From Sphaerodactylus townsendi (Eukaryota), in assembly GCF_021028975.2 (NCBI RefSeq), contig NC_059432.1:54188001-54252000 (forward strand): a DNA stretch of 64,000 bases. Reading direction: 5' to 3'. Under the pieces are notes generated by a model. That model saw nothing but the letters and a program-made list of their open reading frames with translations, was not told the origin of the DNA and searched no databases. The position numbers and the translations under genes are program-made. Shown one piece after another: positions 25,606-38,104 of the stretch (positions are counted from its first letter, which is position 1; every line of letters starts with the position of its first letter).

Positions 25606-26121
25606 GTACCACACTGTACCTAATAGCTTTAGGTCACCCAAGACCAAATAAATTTCAAAACTCTTCAATATGCTCTATAAACTGATAATTCACATTCTGT
25701 TTCATTGCAGGAAAAGATATTCAAGCATCTCTTATACATATACAATGTACAAATAAATCAATTTATAATACAAAAAGTGACAATGCTTATGAAATCCATA
25801 CAGTAATTAGTGGGCAACTGAACCACCAGTTTTGGTTTCAATATCACAGAGTTTCTTCTTGCCCCATTTAGCACTGCTCCCAAATTGCACAGCTTGAGCA
25901 TCACAGCATAACTTCCTGGGAAGCTGCTTTGTGTGAGTTTATAACAGTGCTCAGGCACATACTGGCACACAAATAAATTGATTTATTTGTACAATGCATA
26001 TATATAAGAGTTGCTTGAATATCTTTTCCTGTGAAGAAATAGAATAAGAATTATTAGTTTATAGAGCATGTTGAAGAGTTTTGTCTTGGGTGACCTAAAG
26101 CTATTAGGTGCAGTGTGGTAC
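25606..26121. repeat. Long inverted repeat (about 150-160-bp arms, about 205-bp spacer)
   Basis: 25606-25765 is the diverged reverse complement of about 25974-26121 (GTACCACACTGTACCTAATAGCTTTAGGTCACCCAAGAC...). Confidence 0.9.
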
Positions 26122-26392
26122 ATATAATATTCTTTGGTGCACCAGTCCCCTTTGCTCTTATGTCTTTAAGAGCAGCTTGCTCTGCAGGCAATAATGCTGG
26201 TTTCCACACTGTAAAAAGACATTTCTGCTTTCTGTGGATCGACCTTTTAATAGGTCAGGGATTTTCCTTGTCAGTTGGCAGCTCTGCTAGTAAATTAACA
26301 ATAGAACAGTTTAGTGCACGTTGGAAAGACAAGTAAAAATAGAATCACTATCAACTTTCATCACTGTTTTGAACTTAATGGTAGCCTTAGGT

Positions 26393-26584
26393 CAGTGGTG
26401 GGATCCAAAAATTTTAATAACAAGATCCGATGGTGGTGGGATTCAAACAGTGGTGTCGCCACACACACGCATCTCCAGTCCCTATTGGGCAGGGAGGTTG
26501 CTTTAGTAACCCCTTCTCGGCACTCAGAAAAAATTAGTAACCACTTCTAGAGAAGTGGTGAGAACTGGTTGGATCTCACCTCTG
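26393..26584. mobile_element. hAT-like MITE
   Basis: TIRs CAGTGGTGGGATCCAA / TTGGATCTCACCTCTG. 8-bp TSD CCTTAGGT. Confidence 0.85.
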
Positions 26585-27150
26585 CCTTAGGTTAGGGAAA
26601 CCTTAGTCTCAGACTATTGTGTATACCCTGGAGATAATGATTTTGATCTACTTTATAAGATTGTTGGAAAGATTACCAAAAAAAAGGCTGTATCCAACCA
26701 CATAATACTGAAAATGTAAGTACTCTTTTCTTAAGAGGCAGCTGCAATCCCCTCCCCCCTTCTGCAGCTTACTGACCTCACAGAAATATTGTTCAAGATT
26801 AACGGACCCTGAAGAATAGCGTAGTGGGAAATCTGTGGAGGGAAGGGGGCATTAGTAGGAAATGACACAATTTTATATATTAGTACTGGCACTTTTTAAA
26901 CAAAAACAAAAAAACAATGGTGTGGCATCTAGCCCAATGAATACAAAATCAGGATTCTCCAAGATCCACAATGATTGTATGGCTAGCACTACAGATTTGG
27001 AAGACTTAATTTCAAATTGTCTTCTAGCCTTAGCCTCGTTGGATGATCTTAAGAATGTCAATAACTCAGTTCTGGATCTAATGATTGCAAAATATTTGTT
27101 GCAGACCGCCAGTGAGAAGAAGACTGCAAAATATTATACTGAAAAATTCA

Positions 27151-27440
27151 AAAGAAGAGTTTGTTTTTATATCCCACCCCCTTGTCTCTAGTAATGAGAC
27201 TCAAGGGGCTAACAACCCCCTTCCCTTCTCTCCCTACAACAGATACCTTGTGATATAGGTGGGGCTGAGAGAGTTCTGTGAGAAATGTGACTAGCCCAAG
27301 GTCACCCAGAAGGCTTTGTGTGTAGGACTGGGAAAACAAATCCAGTTCACCAGATAAGAGTTCACTGCTCAGATGGAGGAGTGGGGAATCAAATCTGGTT
27401 CTCCAGATTAGAGTTTACCTGCTCTTAGCCACAACACCAC
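27151..27440 (-). mobile_element. tRNA-derived SINE (Squam3-like)
   Basis: Homologous to 931-1235. Confidence 0.85.
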
Positions 27441-28477
27441 AAGAACATATTTGACTATTATTATACAGCCCTTACAGCCCGGAAACTACACAGCACCCAA
27501 AATATTATTATACAGTTATTATTATACACGTTCAGTTGCACCCCAGTCCATTCTCAGATGGGCATAACTCCACAAAGAATGACACTGACAAGTGTTAAAA
27601 TGAAATAAAGAGGGGGGGGGGGGTTAGAGTTGTTGTAAGATAGCTATTTGGATTGTGTGTATACATTTTAACTCATGGCCAACGGATCCCTGACTCATTT
27701 GTTATGAGCAATTTTGCAAGGTACGACTCAACCCACGTTTTAGATGGCTTGCAGTAGGATGCATAAGTGCACCTTCAGTTCATAGACAAATACCTTTTGC
27801 AAGGATCAAAATCTGCTTTCAGCAAAGAAAGATAAAATGAGCAGTGAAGTAATGTGCCTAAGTTGTCAGAAACTGCCATTCAGAGCATTTGCTTTTCTTT
27901 CAGTGCTAGCTGGCATCTTATGTTATGGTTTTCATCTAAAACCAAGATAAATGGCTAAAATGATGGATGTTATCATTTTTGGAGCTGTCAGCGTTCTCTT
28001 CTCAACATTAAAGGAATTTCAGCACATATCTAGGTTCCAGTTATTCACTATTGTTTGATACCCTACTTTCAGTTACATTTCAACAACAGTCAATACTATT
28101 CTTTTCATAGCCTTATTTCTCTTGGAAGATCAAAAATCACCCAGTTCAGACATAGGCTTAGTATCTGCATATAGTCAGATCTCCATAGGGATCCTGGTGA
28201 ATTAAGATGTCGTTGCACAGGTACCCTGTATAAAATTAACTGTGGTGGAGACAAGTTGAAATTGAATTCTGCTGCTAAGAAATTAGCTTTAAATGGTCCT
28301 AGCTGGTAGGATACTGATTGTAAAACAGGTAGTTGCAAAGACCAGTTGGTAGCATTTATGACTTCAGGTAAAACAGTCTGCTACACGTAGATTCCATTGA
28401 AATTAAAATGAATAATTGGCCTAAATGATAAGAACCCTGTCCTTCAAGTACAGTACAATATCACATAAAAGAAGATT

Positions 28478-28830
28478 AATGGGGTTGGAGCAACTTTCTT
28501 TTGAGGAAAGACTAAAGAGACTGGGATTTTTCAGTTTAGAATAAAGAGAACTGAGAAAGGGCATGATAGAGATTGATAAAATAATGCACAGGGCATGGAG
28601 AATGGATAGAAAGAATTTTTCCCCTCACCCCAAATACTAGAATTTGGGGCAACACAATTACTTTTATGGGCAATGGATTCAGGATGAACAAAAGGAAGCA
28701 TTCCTTTGCTCATTTAAATTCTGGAATTTGCAGCCAGTCATACTAGGGATGGCACAGGTTGATTTAAGAGGGGGTAAGAGAGATTCATGTAGCATTGGCC
28801 CATCAATGGCTTCTAGCCATGACTAAAGAA
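28478..28830 (+). mobile_element. Old CR1 3' fragment
   Basis: GLEQLSFEERLKRLGFFSLE*RELRKGMIE, which matches the C-terminus of the CR1 at 36 kb. Confidence 0.75.
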
Positions 28831-29852
28831 AACCTTCACATTTAGAAGTAGCAGACCTCTGAATATCATTGCTAGGAGTGGCATTATCGATTTCGGGCTG
28901 GGAAATTCATGGAAATTTGGGAGCTGAGCCTGGTTAGGGTGGAGTTTAGGGAACTCAACAGAGATGTGATACCACAGTGTCTGCCCTCTTGAAGCCATTT
29001 CCTCAGGGAAACTGATCTCTGGAGTCTGACGATCAGCTGTAATTCTGAGAGAACTCCAGACCTTAAACATGTATATTGGGCCACTGTCACACCAATGGCA
29101 ATTTCTCTCTCTCTGACTGAAGGAATGGTAGCAGGGTTTGCCACCAAGAGATCTCCCACCATAGCAGGAGACCTGGCAACCTGAGGTCTTCACCAGCCAG
29201 TAAATTGTATTTTTCTTCTTCTACAGAGTTGGATTATAGGATACTTTAAGCATAAAAATGGAAAACTTCCAATATACCTGCAGTAGAATAATAGTCGGTG
29301 AAGGTTTTGGAGTTGGCAGAGATGGCCAAACTCACTTCATTACTTAATGAAAGGAGTTTAGTAAAAATTTTGGACAATTGGAAATGTTGATGGATTTCTT
29401 GGGTAAAACAGAAAAAGTAAAATGATGATTAGAGGTTTTGAAGATTAGTGGATTATTATAATAAGACTTAACAGAGAAAAGTATTCTGTCAGTAGTAGTT
29501 CTTAAGTTGGAATTTTAAGTACGTGGTTAAAGAGCAAGTGGTATTAATTTTTACTGTTCACTCTCGATGTAGATGAAATTTAAGTTTATTTTTAGCAAAA
29601 AAACCAAATGTTTTTATCTCTTTTCTTTGTGTTTTGTAAGCATCTATGTACTAATAACATTTGTAAGTACTAATAACATTTGAATATCCAAAATTTCACT
29701 TGTACAACATTACATAAATTACAAATATTTTCTTCCTCTGGTCATGAATGCATCCACTGAAACAAGTCCTGTTGGTTTTGATGGAACTTCTAAGCTTGTG
29801 CTTTTAGGACCTGGGTTCTAGAGGATAGCACTGCAATCCTTATATTGTCTTA

Positions 29853-30032
29853 TGGCAACCCCATGGGGTTTTCAAGGCAAGAGATGAGCAGGGTAGTTTG
29901 ACATTGCCTTGCCGCTGCACAGCATCCATGGACATCCTTGGTGGTCTCCCATCCAAGTACGAACCAGGACTTACCCTGCTTAATTTCAATTTTCTGAAAG
30001 ATTGGGCTAGCCTTGGCTGTCCAGGTCAGGGC
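29853..30032 (-). mobile_element. 5S rRNA-derived SINE (5S-Sauria/SINE3-like)
   Basis: Minus strand AAGCAGGGTAAGTCCTGGTTCGTACTTGGATGGGAGACCACC resembles the 5S internal control region and is followed by a non-5S body. Confidence 0.8.
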
Positions 30033-30045
30033 ATAATAATCTTAC

Positions 30046-30155
30046 TTGAACATAATCTTCTTAAGTCTGTCTTTTATCTCCTGCTTGGTGAAATACGCAT
30101 CCAGGGGAAATTCTGAATGAGGAGTATTGCTGAACTGTAAGGCTCCCACTCTGAC
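30046..30155 (-). CDS. VWA2: VWA2 coding exon 4
   Basis: VRVGALQFSNTPHSEFPLDAYFTKQEIKDRLKKIMF. 110 nt, TTCAG/GTAAG boundaries. Not in the ORF track. Confidence 0.95.
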
Positions 30156-30629
30156 CTGAAAGCACAGAAGAAGATCCTTAAAGCTAATTCAACTGTACAC
30201 TTTTACAGATGTAAATTGACAAAATGGAAATGGAACTAGTTAAACCCTTCTAGTAATTACTCAGGTTTTCTACATTTTCACATGTCTATAGAATAGGCAT
30301 GAACAAGACTTTTCCCATTTTTACACAACATTTCAGCTGGGTCACAATTACTTAAATTTTGATTTCATTCAGTTCCTCAGGTCAGCAGATTGAAATATCA
30401 GGGCTATTAGCTTGCTGAAACCCTTGTGGCTTCTTCTAAGATGTCTGTGCACAGCTACCTGTAATACCTATTGACATATACACTGGAGATAGGAGGAAAT
30501 AATCTGGCACTAACTGCTAAATAATGTTTTACATTTAGGGCTACACACACTCACAGAGGATGCCTATATAATTACTACCATTAATATTTCTGTTCAATAT
30601 AGTATTACCTGGCCCCAGCCTATTCTATT

Positions 30630-32965
30630 CACATTTATTACCCACCCTATACCCATTCTAAGAACTCCATTCTAAAAACACAATAAAACCCCATTCTAAA
30701 AACCCAAAATACAATCTAAAATGCCCCACACCAGCACACCCACAAAAAGGAGGCGTGCAAGGAAGTCTTGAAGGTAGGTTCCTTTCAGAAGGAATGTAGG
30801 TTGCTTCCAAAAGGAAGGTAAGTCAAATGTTCAGGTGAAGAGGATAGTCTTCACTAAGTGCTGAAACTCCGAGTAGGCTCCTAGCAAACCTCTGGAGGGA
30901 GGGCATTCCACAGTGCAGTGGGCCACTATGGAGAAGGTCCTCTGGGCTTACCTTTGTTGGGAGCGGGACAGCCAAGTGGGCCTCCCCCTTTGATCCCAGC
31001 ACCAGAGCAAGAATATATGGGCAGTCTTTTCAGGTTTCCAGAACTGCAGCCATACAGGTTAACCCCATTACTTTGAATTGAGCCCAGTAGCACATCAGAA
31101 GCTAGTGGAGACTCTTCAGAAAAGAGGGTGATGTGATCCTGGTACAAAGCATTGGCCAGCAGACGAGCTGCTGTATTCTGCACCAGCTCGAACTTTCAGA
31201 CTGTCCTCAAAAGCAGCCCCACATATAGTGCATTATAATAATCCAATCTGGTGGTTACCAGAGCGTGGATAACTGTGGTCAAGTCATCCTGATCCAGAAA
31301 AAAAAAATCAGATCTGGAGCACCAGCTGAAGATGTTGATGGGCCCTACAGGTCATTGCTGCCAACTGGGTTTCCAGACACAGCGCTCCATCCAAGATGAT
31401 CCCAAGATCCCACACCTGGCCTTTCTGGGGTAGAGGAACCACACCTTCCAACACCAGGCAACCCTCGATTCCCCAGTCTTGGAAGCTCGACACACAGAAC
31501 ATCTCCATCTTATCGGAATTCAATTTCAATTTATTGGCCCTCATTCAATTCATGAAAGCTGCCAGGCAGCAGTCCAGCACTTGGGCAGTCTCACCTGATA
31601 TAGTCAATCAATCAATCAATTTTATTGAAAGCCATAGGCCATTACAATATTACAATATTATTACATTAAAACTTCTGAGCCAACTTGTTATTCCAACAGG
31701 TAAGAAAAAGAAAAAAAAATTCACTAAAAATCCATCATGTGAACACTAAGTCTTTCACTTTCCCCCCTACAGTATGTCTAGATTGTATTCCCACCTAACT
31801 TATACCAATTTAGGTTTGATCATTTTACTTACTATTCACGCTTGTTTTGGGAGCCATGAATCTTTGCTTGGCTATAGCCAAGGTGAATAGGCCAACCTCC
31901 TATAGGATACATATAGGGATCCAAATCCGCATGAGAGAAGGTATAATTTGTCTGACTCATAATATACCTGGGACAGGGATATGAAACTATTCAGAAACTT
32001 AGCCCTGTAGGCTCTGCGTTACAGAGGCAGATTCAAAGGGAACCATAATGAGGTAAATCCTCTACTTCCTGTTTTTCTGCAGATACAAATTCGTTGTTCT
32101 AACTTCAGGTGACTTTTTGGCATATCTGCCTTCCTATAAATAATTTGTTTGGCATTGTTTTGAAATCGTAATTGCTGTCATAGCCTTCCTTATCTTAAAC
32201 TGAAGTAATCCTCACCAGCAAGATAGGAGGCTCTATGATGATCCTTTTTAAAAGGTGACTATACCAGGGAGCAAACTTGGAATGTAAAATTATATCTCTG
32301 TCCATACAGTTATCTCCTTTGAATATCCAATCCCGAAGGTCGTGATTTAAAATTGGTGAAGAGAATAAATGATCTGGAACAGAATAACTGAGCAATATAT
32401 TATTTAGGGAGGTATTATGTAATTTTGAGGCCCAACTTTAGTAAATAATACTGCAGACTTTGAGTTCCCCAAAGCCTTGAGAGTCGGTTTTGAAGTGAAC
32501 TCTCTTTTTAGCAGTATTTTCCAAGGTACTTGCCAATTCAGCTCGAGCTTTAATAGAAGGCAAACCGAGTTCTGCCCTAAGGAGGGCTGCTGGCGATCAC
32601 CTGATATAGATGGAACTGAGAGGAATCTGGGTGTAATTAGTATATTGGTGACACACCCCACACCATATCCTCTGATGACCTCCCCCAGAGGCTTCGTATA
32701 GATGTTGACTAACATAGGAGACAAAACCGAGGCCTGAGAAACTCTTCAAGAGAGCTCCCAAGGACCTAAGCACTTGCATTCATCTCTATGTTCTGGAGCC
32801 TGCTACTGAAGTAGGACAGGAATCACTGTGGTACAGTGGACCCCAGTCCTAACCCCTGCAGCTGCTCCAGAAGGATACTGACAGTATCAAACAGTATCAA
32901 AGGCCACTGAAAGATCTAGAAGTAGCAACAGGAACAACTGACCTCTGTCCCTTCCCCTTTTTGAT
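30630..32965 (-). mobile_element. L2-like LINE (degenerate RT), split by a nested insertion at 31604-32596
   Basis: SPMLVNIYTKPLGEVIRGYG, MRANKLKLNSDK...DLGIILD and QNTAARLL are L2 ORF2 motifs. Confidence 0.8.
31604..32596 (-). mobile_element. 5'-truncated RTE-X-like LINE nested in the L2
   Basis: 13-bp TSD TCACCTGATATAG at 31591-31603 and 32597-32609. 3' end AATAAAA(TTGA)n. Encodes SPAALLRAELGLPSIKARAELA. Confidence 0.8.
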
Positions 32966-33149
32966 GTATTCTTTCAACTACACACACACAGTAATATATC
33001 AAAGATGTAACTGTTGCATGTTTGTTGCAACAATTCTGTGCCATCGTTATAAATATGGAAGGCTTGTATGCACTGAAAGAGAAAGAGAGAAAGGAGAATT
33101 GATTGCTTTTGGTCAAGTCATTCTTGAGGTACCTAAGATGTGGACTCAC

Positions 33150-33283
33150 CTTTTCTGAACTGATGTCCAAGGCATCGCAAAGCTTCATTGCGAAGTACTT
33201 AGACCTTTCAAAGCTTCCTTTGCCAATACTATAGGATCCATCTAACAGAATCAAGATATCCACTGGGGCAGAGCAATTCATCA
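33150..33283 (-). CDS. VWA2: VWA2 coding exon 3 (start of first VWA domain, MIDAS DGSYS)
   Basis: LMNCSAPVDILILLDGSYSIGKGSFERSKYFAMKLCDALDISSEK. 134 nt, CAG/GTGAGT boundaries. Confidence 0.96.
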
Positions 33284-34135
33284 CTGGGGAAAGACAGAGG
33301 CATTTCTGTCACACTTAAAAAGCAGAAATGTTAAGCAGCCAGATGGCACTGGTGAATAGGGAGAGAAAGAAGCAGCAGGCAGGCCGAACATAAACAGATG
33401 CTTAAATTTGTACAACTGTTATAATTAATTAATTAAGATCCAGAGGCAATAACTGCAATAACTGAAATTCACATCTTACAAATATACTTCATCCATTAAA
33501 CAAAAAAGTTTTTTCCCCTGATAGTTAATATTCATTTTCAACATATGAGCCGCCTTTTGATCTAAGAAGAGCTATTTGTGCTCTGCCTGCCTGTGCTGAC
33601 AGAGATAAGATTACTGGGTTTGAAAATCTGAGCTTTTTCAGCCACAGCCTGTGGAATTCTTTGCCCCAACAAGTTTGATATACCCCTTTCCCTTTGGGCT
33701 TTGAAAATTGTATTACTGTTCTTCCTTTTATTCTTCTGCTAGTAGGGGCTGTCAGATCTTTTAGAATTTAAATACCTGCATGATTGAACAATGTTTTAAT
33801 TTCTTGTCAGGTGCCACCTTGTGTATCATTTATATGATGAAAAAAGGATATAAATCTTCTAAATAAATGATATAAATGATTAATGAGGAAATTCAAAAGA
33901 CTAGGAGCTGTACAATAGCAGCGTAAAAAAAAGGGTAGTGCTCACCAAGCAAATTTATCATAACTTTAGCCATATGGTTCTACCCAGTATTACTACCACC
34001 CAAATCCACAAAAGTAGATCAATTACAGCATGATTCTATAAACTGGTAAATATTCTAATTCAGAACGATGTGGCCATAGGAGGCAATAAACTTTTTTTTT
34101 CTCTATGCAGTTAGAGATGGTATCTTAAGCTACCA

Positions 34136-36555
34136 CCTGGTGCGGGAAGTCAGTGTTGTTGAGCTGATAGGGAACAGCGACCACAATGCTGTCAGATTCA
34201 GTATCTCTGCATGCGAACAAGTGACAACTACTAATGTAGTTACATTCACCTTCAGAAAGGGAAATTTCTCAAAGATGAGGGGGATAGTGCGCAGGAAGCT
34301 GAAAGGGAAAATCAAGAGAGTCAAAAATGTCCAAGATGCTTGGAGGTTATTTAAAAACACAGTCTTAAAAGCTCAGCTGGAATGTGTTCCACAGGTTAGG
34401 AAAGGCAGCGCCCAGTCCAAAAGAAAGCCACCATGGTTAACAAGGGACGTTGAGGAAATTATTAGGGAAAAAAAGATGTCTTTTAGAAAATGGAAGTCCA
34501 ACTTAACTGATAAAGAATACCAGAGAGAACACAAATGGTGGCAAAAGAGAAGCAAGTTAGCTGTAAGGGGGGCAAAAAAGGATTATGAGGAACGCATGGC
34601 TGTGAACATCAAAACCAGCAACAAACAGTTCTTCAAGTACATCAAAAGCAGGAAGCCAGCAAGGGAGGCGGTAGGCCCAAGTTAGATGACAAAGGAACAA
34701 AGGGTGTGCTAAAGATGACAGGAGATTGCAGAAAAGCTGAATGAATTCTTGCATCTGTCTTCACCCAAGAGGAGGTGAGGAAAATTCCTGCACCTGAACC
34801 AAGCTTCTTAGGAGGCGAATCCGAGGAACTAACGAAGATAGTGGTAGACAAGGAAGAAGTTCTGGCAGCCATTGATAAACTAAATGCTACCAAATCCCCT
34901 GGCCCAGATTGCATTCACCCAAGAGTTCTTAAAGAGCTCAAGCATGAAATTGCTGATGTTCTCACTTTAATATGCAACTTATCCTTGAAATCAGGCTCCA
35001 TCCCTGAAGACTGGAAGATGGCCAATGTCACACCAATCTTTAAGAAAGGATCTAGGGGACCCGAAATTACAGGCCAGTCAGTTTGACATCTGTTCCTGGT
35101 AAATTAGTAGAATCTGTCATTAAAGATAAAATTATAAAACATGTACAAAAGCAAGACCTGCTGAGAAAGAGTCAGCATGGCTTTTGCAGAGGCAAATCCT
35201 GTCTTACAAACTTACTAGAGTTCTTTGAGGATGTAAATAGGCATGTGGATAAGGGGGAACCATTGGACATTGTCTACTTGGACTTCCAAAAGGCTTTTGA
35301 CAAAGTTCCTCACCAGAGACTATTGAGAAAACTCAGCAATGAAGGAATAAGAGGGGAAGTCCTCCTATGGATTAAAAACTGGTTGAGAAACAGGAAGCAA
35401 AGAGTGGGTGTAAATGGGAAATTCTCACAATGGAGAGATGTGGGGAGTGGGTGTCCCAGGGATCCGAACTGGGACCAGTGCTCTTTAACCTATTCATAAA
35501 TGACCTGGAAGTAGGGGTGGGTAGCGTGGTGGCCAAGTTTGCAGATGATACCAAATTATGTAGGGTGGTGAGAACCACAAAGGATTGAGGGAGCTCCAAG
35601 CCGGACCTTGATAAATTAGGTGAGTGGGCTAAGAAATGGCAAATGCAGTTCAATGTAGCAAAATGCAAAAGTGATGCACATAGGGGCAAAAAATCCAAAC
35701 TTCACATACACGCCTACAGGGGTCCAGTGCTATCAGTCACAGACCAGGAAAAGGATTTAAGTCTTAGTTGATAGTTCCATGGGAATGTCAACTCAATGTA
35801 TGGCAGCTGTGAAAAAGGCAAACTCTATGCTGGGGATAATTAGGAAAGGAATTGATAATAAAACTGCAAAGATTGTCATGCCCTTATATAAAGCCATGAT
35901 GCGACCGCACTTGGAGTACTGTGTTCAGTTCTGGTCGCCACATCTCAAAAAGGATATTGAAGAGATAGAAAAAGTGCAGAGAAGGGCAACGAAGATGATT
36001 GAGGGACTGGAGCACCTTCCTTATGAGGAAAGGCTGCAGCATTTGGGACTCTTTAGTTTGGAGAGGAGACGTCTGAGGGGGGATATGATTGAAGTCTATA
36101 AAATTATGCATGGGGTAGAAAATGTTGACAGAGAGAAATTTTTCTCTCTTTCTCACAATACTAGAACCAGGGGGCATTCATTGAAAATGCTGGGGGGAAG
36201 AATTAGAACTAATAAAAGGAAACACTTCTTCACGCAACGTGTGATTGGTGTTTGGAATATGCTGCCACAGGAGGTGGTGATGGCCACTAACCTGGATAGC
36301 TTTAAAAGGGGCTTGGACAGATTTATGGAGGAGAAGTCAATTTATGGCTACCAATCTTGATCCTCTTTGATCTGAGATTGCAAATGCCTTAACAGTCCAG
36401 GTGCTCGGGAGCAACAGCCGCAGAAGGCCATTGCTTTCACATCCTACATGTGAACTCCCAAAGGCACCTGGTGGGCCACTGCGAGTAGCAGAGAGCTGGA
36501 CTAGATGGACTCTGGTCTGATCCAGCTGGCTTGTTCTTATGTTCTTATGTTCTTA
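34136..36555 (+). mobile_element. Young 5'-truncated CR1 LINE (end of APE endonuclease, RT, 3'UTR), frameshifted
   Basis: GNSDHN, KSPGPD, WKMANVTPIFKKG, YLDFQKAFDKVPH, FADD at 35538-35549, RPHLEYCVQFWSP. 8-nt tail (TTCTTATG)n. Confidence 0.95.
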
Positions 36556-36884
36556 CCATGAGCCTCTCTAGGGCAGTTAAAATGTTTCAGGAACAGGCTC
36601 TAAGGAATGGATAATTCAAAGATGTATCAGTTAACCTCCATACTGTAACAATGGCTTCCCCCAAAGTTCCTTCGTGTTTAAGTCCGCAGACATTATTCCA
36701 TTACAACATGCGCAGAAAAGAAAATCTCCTAACACATGCTATTTTTAAAAAGAGACAGACAAGCAATGTTGCAAAGCCTCATTCACCTTTGGGTATAAGT
36801 TAGGAGCAGTACACCCATTCATGTATCACAAAGCCCCAAGATTCTATTAAAGTAATAAGATCAAAGACTTTTGCGGTTTGACTG

Positions 36885-37113
36885 AAACAAGTTTCACATA
36901 GCCAGTTTCATACTAGCATCAGGTTTTCCTGGGACTATGTCCTGGCGTTACCTGAGCACGCTCAGACTTGCCTGCATAATAATTACAAGCTGTCATGACC
37001 GCACATGTGCCAAAGTGGAGCCTTCATGTTTTCATCGAGTTAGATTAAGCTAAGCTTGTCCTCTCTCTATATGGGGAGGGTCTTGTGAAAACGCGCAGAA
37101 CATAAACTTGCCT
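36885..37113. promoter_or_regulatory. Candidate p63/p53-family enhancer
   Basis: Four perfect RRRCWWGYYY half-sites plus one adjoining near-match in about 230 bp of non-repeat intron. Confidence 0.4.
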
Positions 37114-37332
37114 TTAGAAATGTGGATAGCCAAGTTTCAATTGCAACAAAAACTGTGTGTCCTTGAAGCTATTCTTACTACACAAACTGAGGAGAAAACA
37201 ACATCAGACTCAAAATTGCAGCCTCAAAGGTACCCTTCTTGATTATTGAATGAAAGCTGGCTGGTCTTGCAAAATCTGCACAGGCATGAAATGGTAAGGA
37301 TAGATGTATATTTCCAGTAGGCTAAGGCTGAC

Positions 37333-37627
37333 AGCCAGCAAGGTGTAGTGGTTAAAGAGCAGGTGGTCTCTAATCTGGAGAAAGCGTTTGATTCCACACT
37401 CCTCCATTTGAGCGGTGGACTCCAATCTGGTGAATTGGATTTGTTTCCTTGCTCCTACATATGAAGTTTGCTGAGTTGTCTTGGGCTAGTCACAGTTCTT
37501 TGGAACTCTCTCAGCCCCACCTCCCTCATAAGGTGTCTGTTGTGAGGAGAGAAAGGGAAAGGAGTTCATGCCCCCATGAGACGTCTTACAGAAGAGAAAA
37601 GTGGGGTATAAATCCAAATTCTTCTTC
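37333..37627 (+). mobile_element. tRNA-derived SINE (Squam3-like)
   Basis: GGTGTAGTGGTTAA A-box, GTTTGATTCC B-box-like motif and a (TTC)n tail. Confidence 0.85.
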
Positions 37628-38029
37628 ATTAGAAGCCAGGTTTTTGCCTTTGTTTTAATCTGTACCATTCTTCCTTTAGGCTCCAGTGAATTTAGAACTT
37701 ATGTTATAATGTTCACTCCAGCAACTCCAAAGCCAAATCAAGACATAATGATGTGCACAACTACTCAGGAGTGCTGCCTGGAAAATAGCATATCTATGCT
37801 ATTCATGAGGAGCCATATATTTTACTCCTTCCTACCTCATTACAAAGCAGAGACCCTGAACAAGAGACAAATCAAATTCTAATTAAAATCCAGACTTCAC
37901 CTGTGTACAGAACCAGAATAAGATATTTCAGAAAAGAGAAGAGGGAACTGAGTTATACACATTCATACCATCCTGCAGGCTATAAGAATGAGGCATTAGA
38001 ACCATTTTACTGCAAAAAACAAAACTTAC

Positions 38030-38104
38030 ACTGGCCAGCTGCTGAAATCTTCTCCACCATTTCCTGACTGACATGTAGTTCTTGTATACTCCATGACACA
38101 AATG
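38030..38104 (-). CDS. VWA2: VWA2 coding exon 2
   Basis: AFVSWSIQELHVSQEMVEKISAAGQ. 75 nt, CTGCAG/GTAAGT boundaries. Confidence 0.93.

Noticed and set aside
29940-30032. 5S rRNA gene
   Set aside because: Diverged and fused to a SINE body.
34140-36360. Active autonomous RT gene
   Set aside because: 5'-truncated (no ORF1, most of the endonuclease missing) and frameshifted as given.
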